Assembly (NCBI RefSeq): GCF_003334255.1
Contig: NZ_QOWU01000233.1
Length of the DNA stretch: 476 bases
Direction: 5' to 3' (one strand)
Origin: Escherichia coli
GTDB lineage: Bacteria > Pseudomonadota > Gammaproteobacteria > Enterobacterales > Enterobacteriaceae
In this document: one piece after another, positions 1 through 476 of the stretch
How the letters are laid out: each line of letters begins with the position of its first letter
How positions within the stretch are numbered: the stretch's first letter is position 1
Position numbers and translations under genes: made by a program
The notes under the pieces: generated by a model
The model's database searches: none
Told to the model about the DNA's origin: nothing
The model's input: the letters and a program-made list of their open reading frames with translations, nothing else

Positions 1-72
1 TTGTAAATCCCCGTGAAGGCAGATGCGTGCCAGTGGCGGTGACGCCAGACAGAATGCGTTCGTCGTTGCCAT
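1..72 (-). CDS. I: Tail assembly protein I homologue, N-terminal 24 codons only; start codon at 72..70, continues past the window edge. It overlaps the 3' end of K in a different reading frame.
   Basis: ATG at 72..70 on the minus strand, followed by an open frame to position 1 encoding MATTNAFCLASPPLARICLHGDLQ. The ARICL(H/Y)GDLQ segment matches my recollection of the lambda gpI N-terminus (MAATHTLPLASPGMARICLYGDLQ...). A purine-rich Shine-Dalgarno-like sequence lies upstream. The out-of-frame overlap with K mirrors the arrangement in lambda. Confidence 0.75.
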   Translation of the reverse strand, partial: MATTNAFCLASPPLARICLHGDLQ

Positions 73-476
73 TTTTCAGAATACCTCTCCCGTTTGCTCA
101 GTTGTTCAGGAATATGGTGCAGCAGCTCGCCATCACCACAGTAAATGGCGGCATGATTCGGCACCGATGAACCAAAACAGCACAGCAGCACATCGCCCGG
201 TTGTGCTGATGACAACGGCACCTGATACAGCCCTGTGGCCTCCATATTGTCCAGGTAAAGGTTCTGACCGTTGCACCACCAGTCATCCTCACGGTGAAAA
301 TCCGGCATATCAATGCCTGCCAGATGGTATGCATCCCGGAACAGGGTGTAACAGTCCGTCACCCCGTGCGCAAAGCGCCGTCCGGTCAGGTGCGGAACGC
401 AGCGGAATTTGTGAATGTCACCCCGGCTGACCAGCCACCAGGGCAGTGCGCTTTTTATCTGCAGCCGCCGGTCAGC
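1..476 (-). CDS. K: Tail assembly protein K homologue, C-terminal NlpC/P60 (C40 family) peptidase domain; partial at both ends. The N-terminal MPN/JAB domain and the stop codon both lie outside the window.
   Basis: Manual translation of the reverse complement starting at 476 gives an uninterrupted frame: ADRRLQIKSALPWWLVSRGDIHKFRCVPHLTGRRFAHGVTDCYTLFRDAYHLAGIDMPDFHREDDWWCNGQNLYLDNMEATGLYQVPLSSAQPGDVLLCCFGSSVPNHAAIYCGDGELLHHIPEQLSKRERYSEKWQRRTHSVWRHRHWHASAFTGIY. It has the NlpC/P60 hallmarks: a catalytic Cys in the DCYTLF context (codon 353..351), a His in the NHAAIYCGDG context (155..153) and a downstream His pair (119..114). From memory it is near-identical to the C-terminal half of phage lambda gpK. 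There is no stop across 158 codons. Confidence 0.9.
84..91 (-). promoter_or_regulatory. Putative Shine-Dalgarno / ribosome-binding site for gene I, embedded in the K coding sequence
   Basis: Minus-strand sequence GGGAGAGG at 91..84 is followed by an 11-nt A-rich spacer (TATTCTGAAAA) and then the ATG at 72..70. It contains a GGAG/GAGG core complementary to the 16S rRNA 3' end. The spacing is at the long end of the typical range. Confidence 0.45.

Noticed and set aside
62-78. T-run on the plus strand (gttgccatttttcag)
   Set aside because: This is the complement of the A-rich spacer between the I Shine-Dalgarno and start codon on the minus strand. There is no upstream hairpin, so it is not a terminator.
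98-334. Minus-strand 78-aa ORF from the supplied track (MHTIWQALICRIF...)
   Set aside because: Its codon starts (congruent to 1 mod 3) differ from both the K and I frames. The product is Cys/Arg-rich and low-complexity with no recognisable domain. It lies entirely inside the K NlpC/P60 domain, so it is an off-frame artefact.
417-425. RGD tripeptide in the K translation (SRGDIHKF)
   Set aside because: RGD is an integrin-binding motif in eukaryotic extracellular proteins. In a phage tail assembly protein a single short tripeptide is most likely coincidental, with no supporting context.
23-430. Plus-strand 135-aa ORF from the supplied six-frame track
   Set aside because: It is antisense to the strongly supported K coding frame. 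Its translation is compositionally odd (rich in Ser/Pro/Ala/His/Cys) with no recognisable motif, and long antisense ORFs are expected by chance in GC-rich coding DNA. Shadow ORF.
441-460. GC-rich segment followed by a T-run on the plus strand (gggcagtgcgctttttat), superficially like a rho-independent terminator
   Set aside because: No convincing inverted repeat forms a stem before the T-run. It lies inside the uninterrupted K coding frame and on the antisense strand relative to transcription of K.

Overview
The whole 476-bp window is coding sequence on the minus strand, from a lambda-like (lambdoid) phage or prophage tail-tip assembly module; I see no evidence of a novel system here. One frame (codon starts at + coordinates congruent to 2 mod 3) reads without a stop across the entire window and encodes the C-terminal NlpC/P60 (C40 peptidase) domain of a tail assembly protein K homologue; it is truncated at both window edges. 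A second minus-strand frame starts at the ATG at 72..70 and reads MATTNAFCLASPPLARICLHGDLQ to the window edge, which matches the N-terminus of tail assembly protein I as I recall it. That start lies inside the 3' end of K, reproducing the out-of-frame K/I overlap known from phage lambda. Both ORFs in the supplied six-frame track (plus 23..430, minus 98..334) are off-frame shadow ORFs and are not called as genes. I could not run any searches; the calls rest on manual translation and recollection of lambda gpK/gpI.
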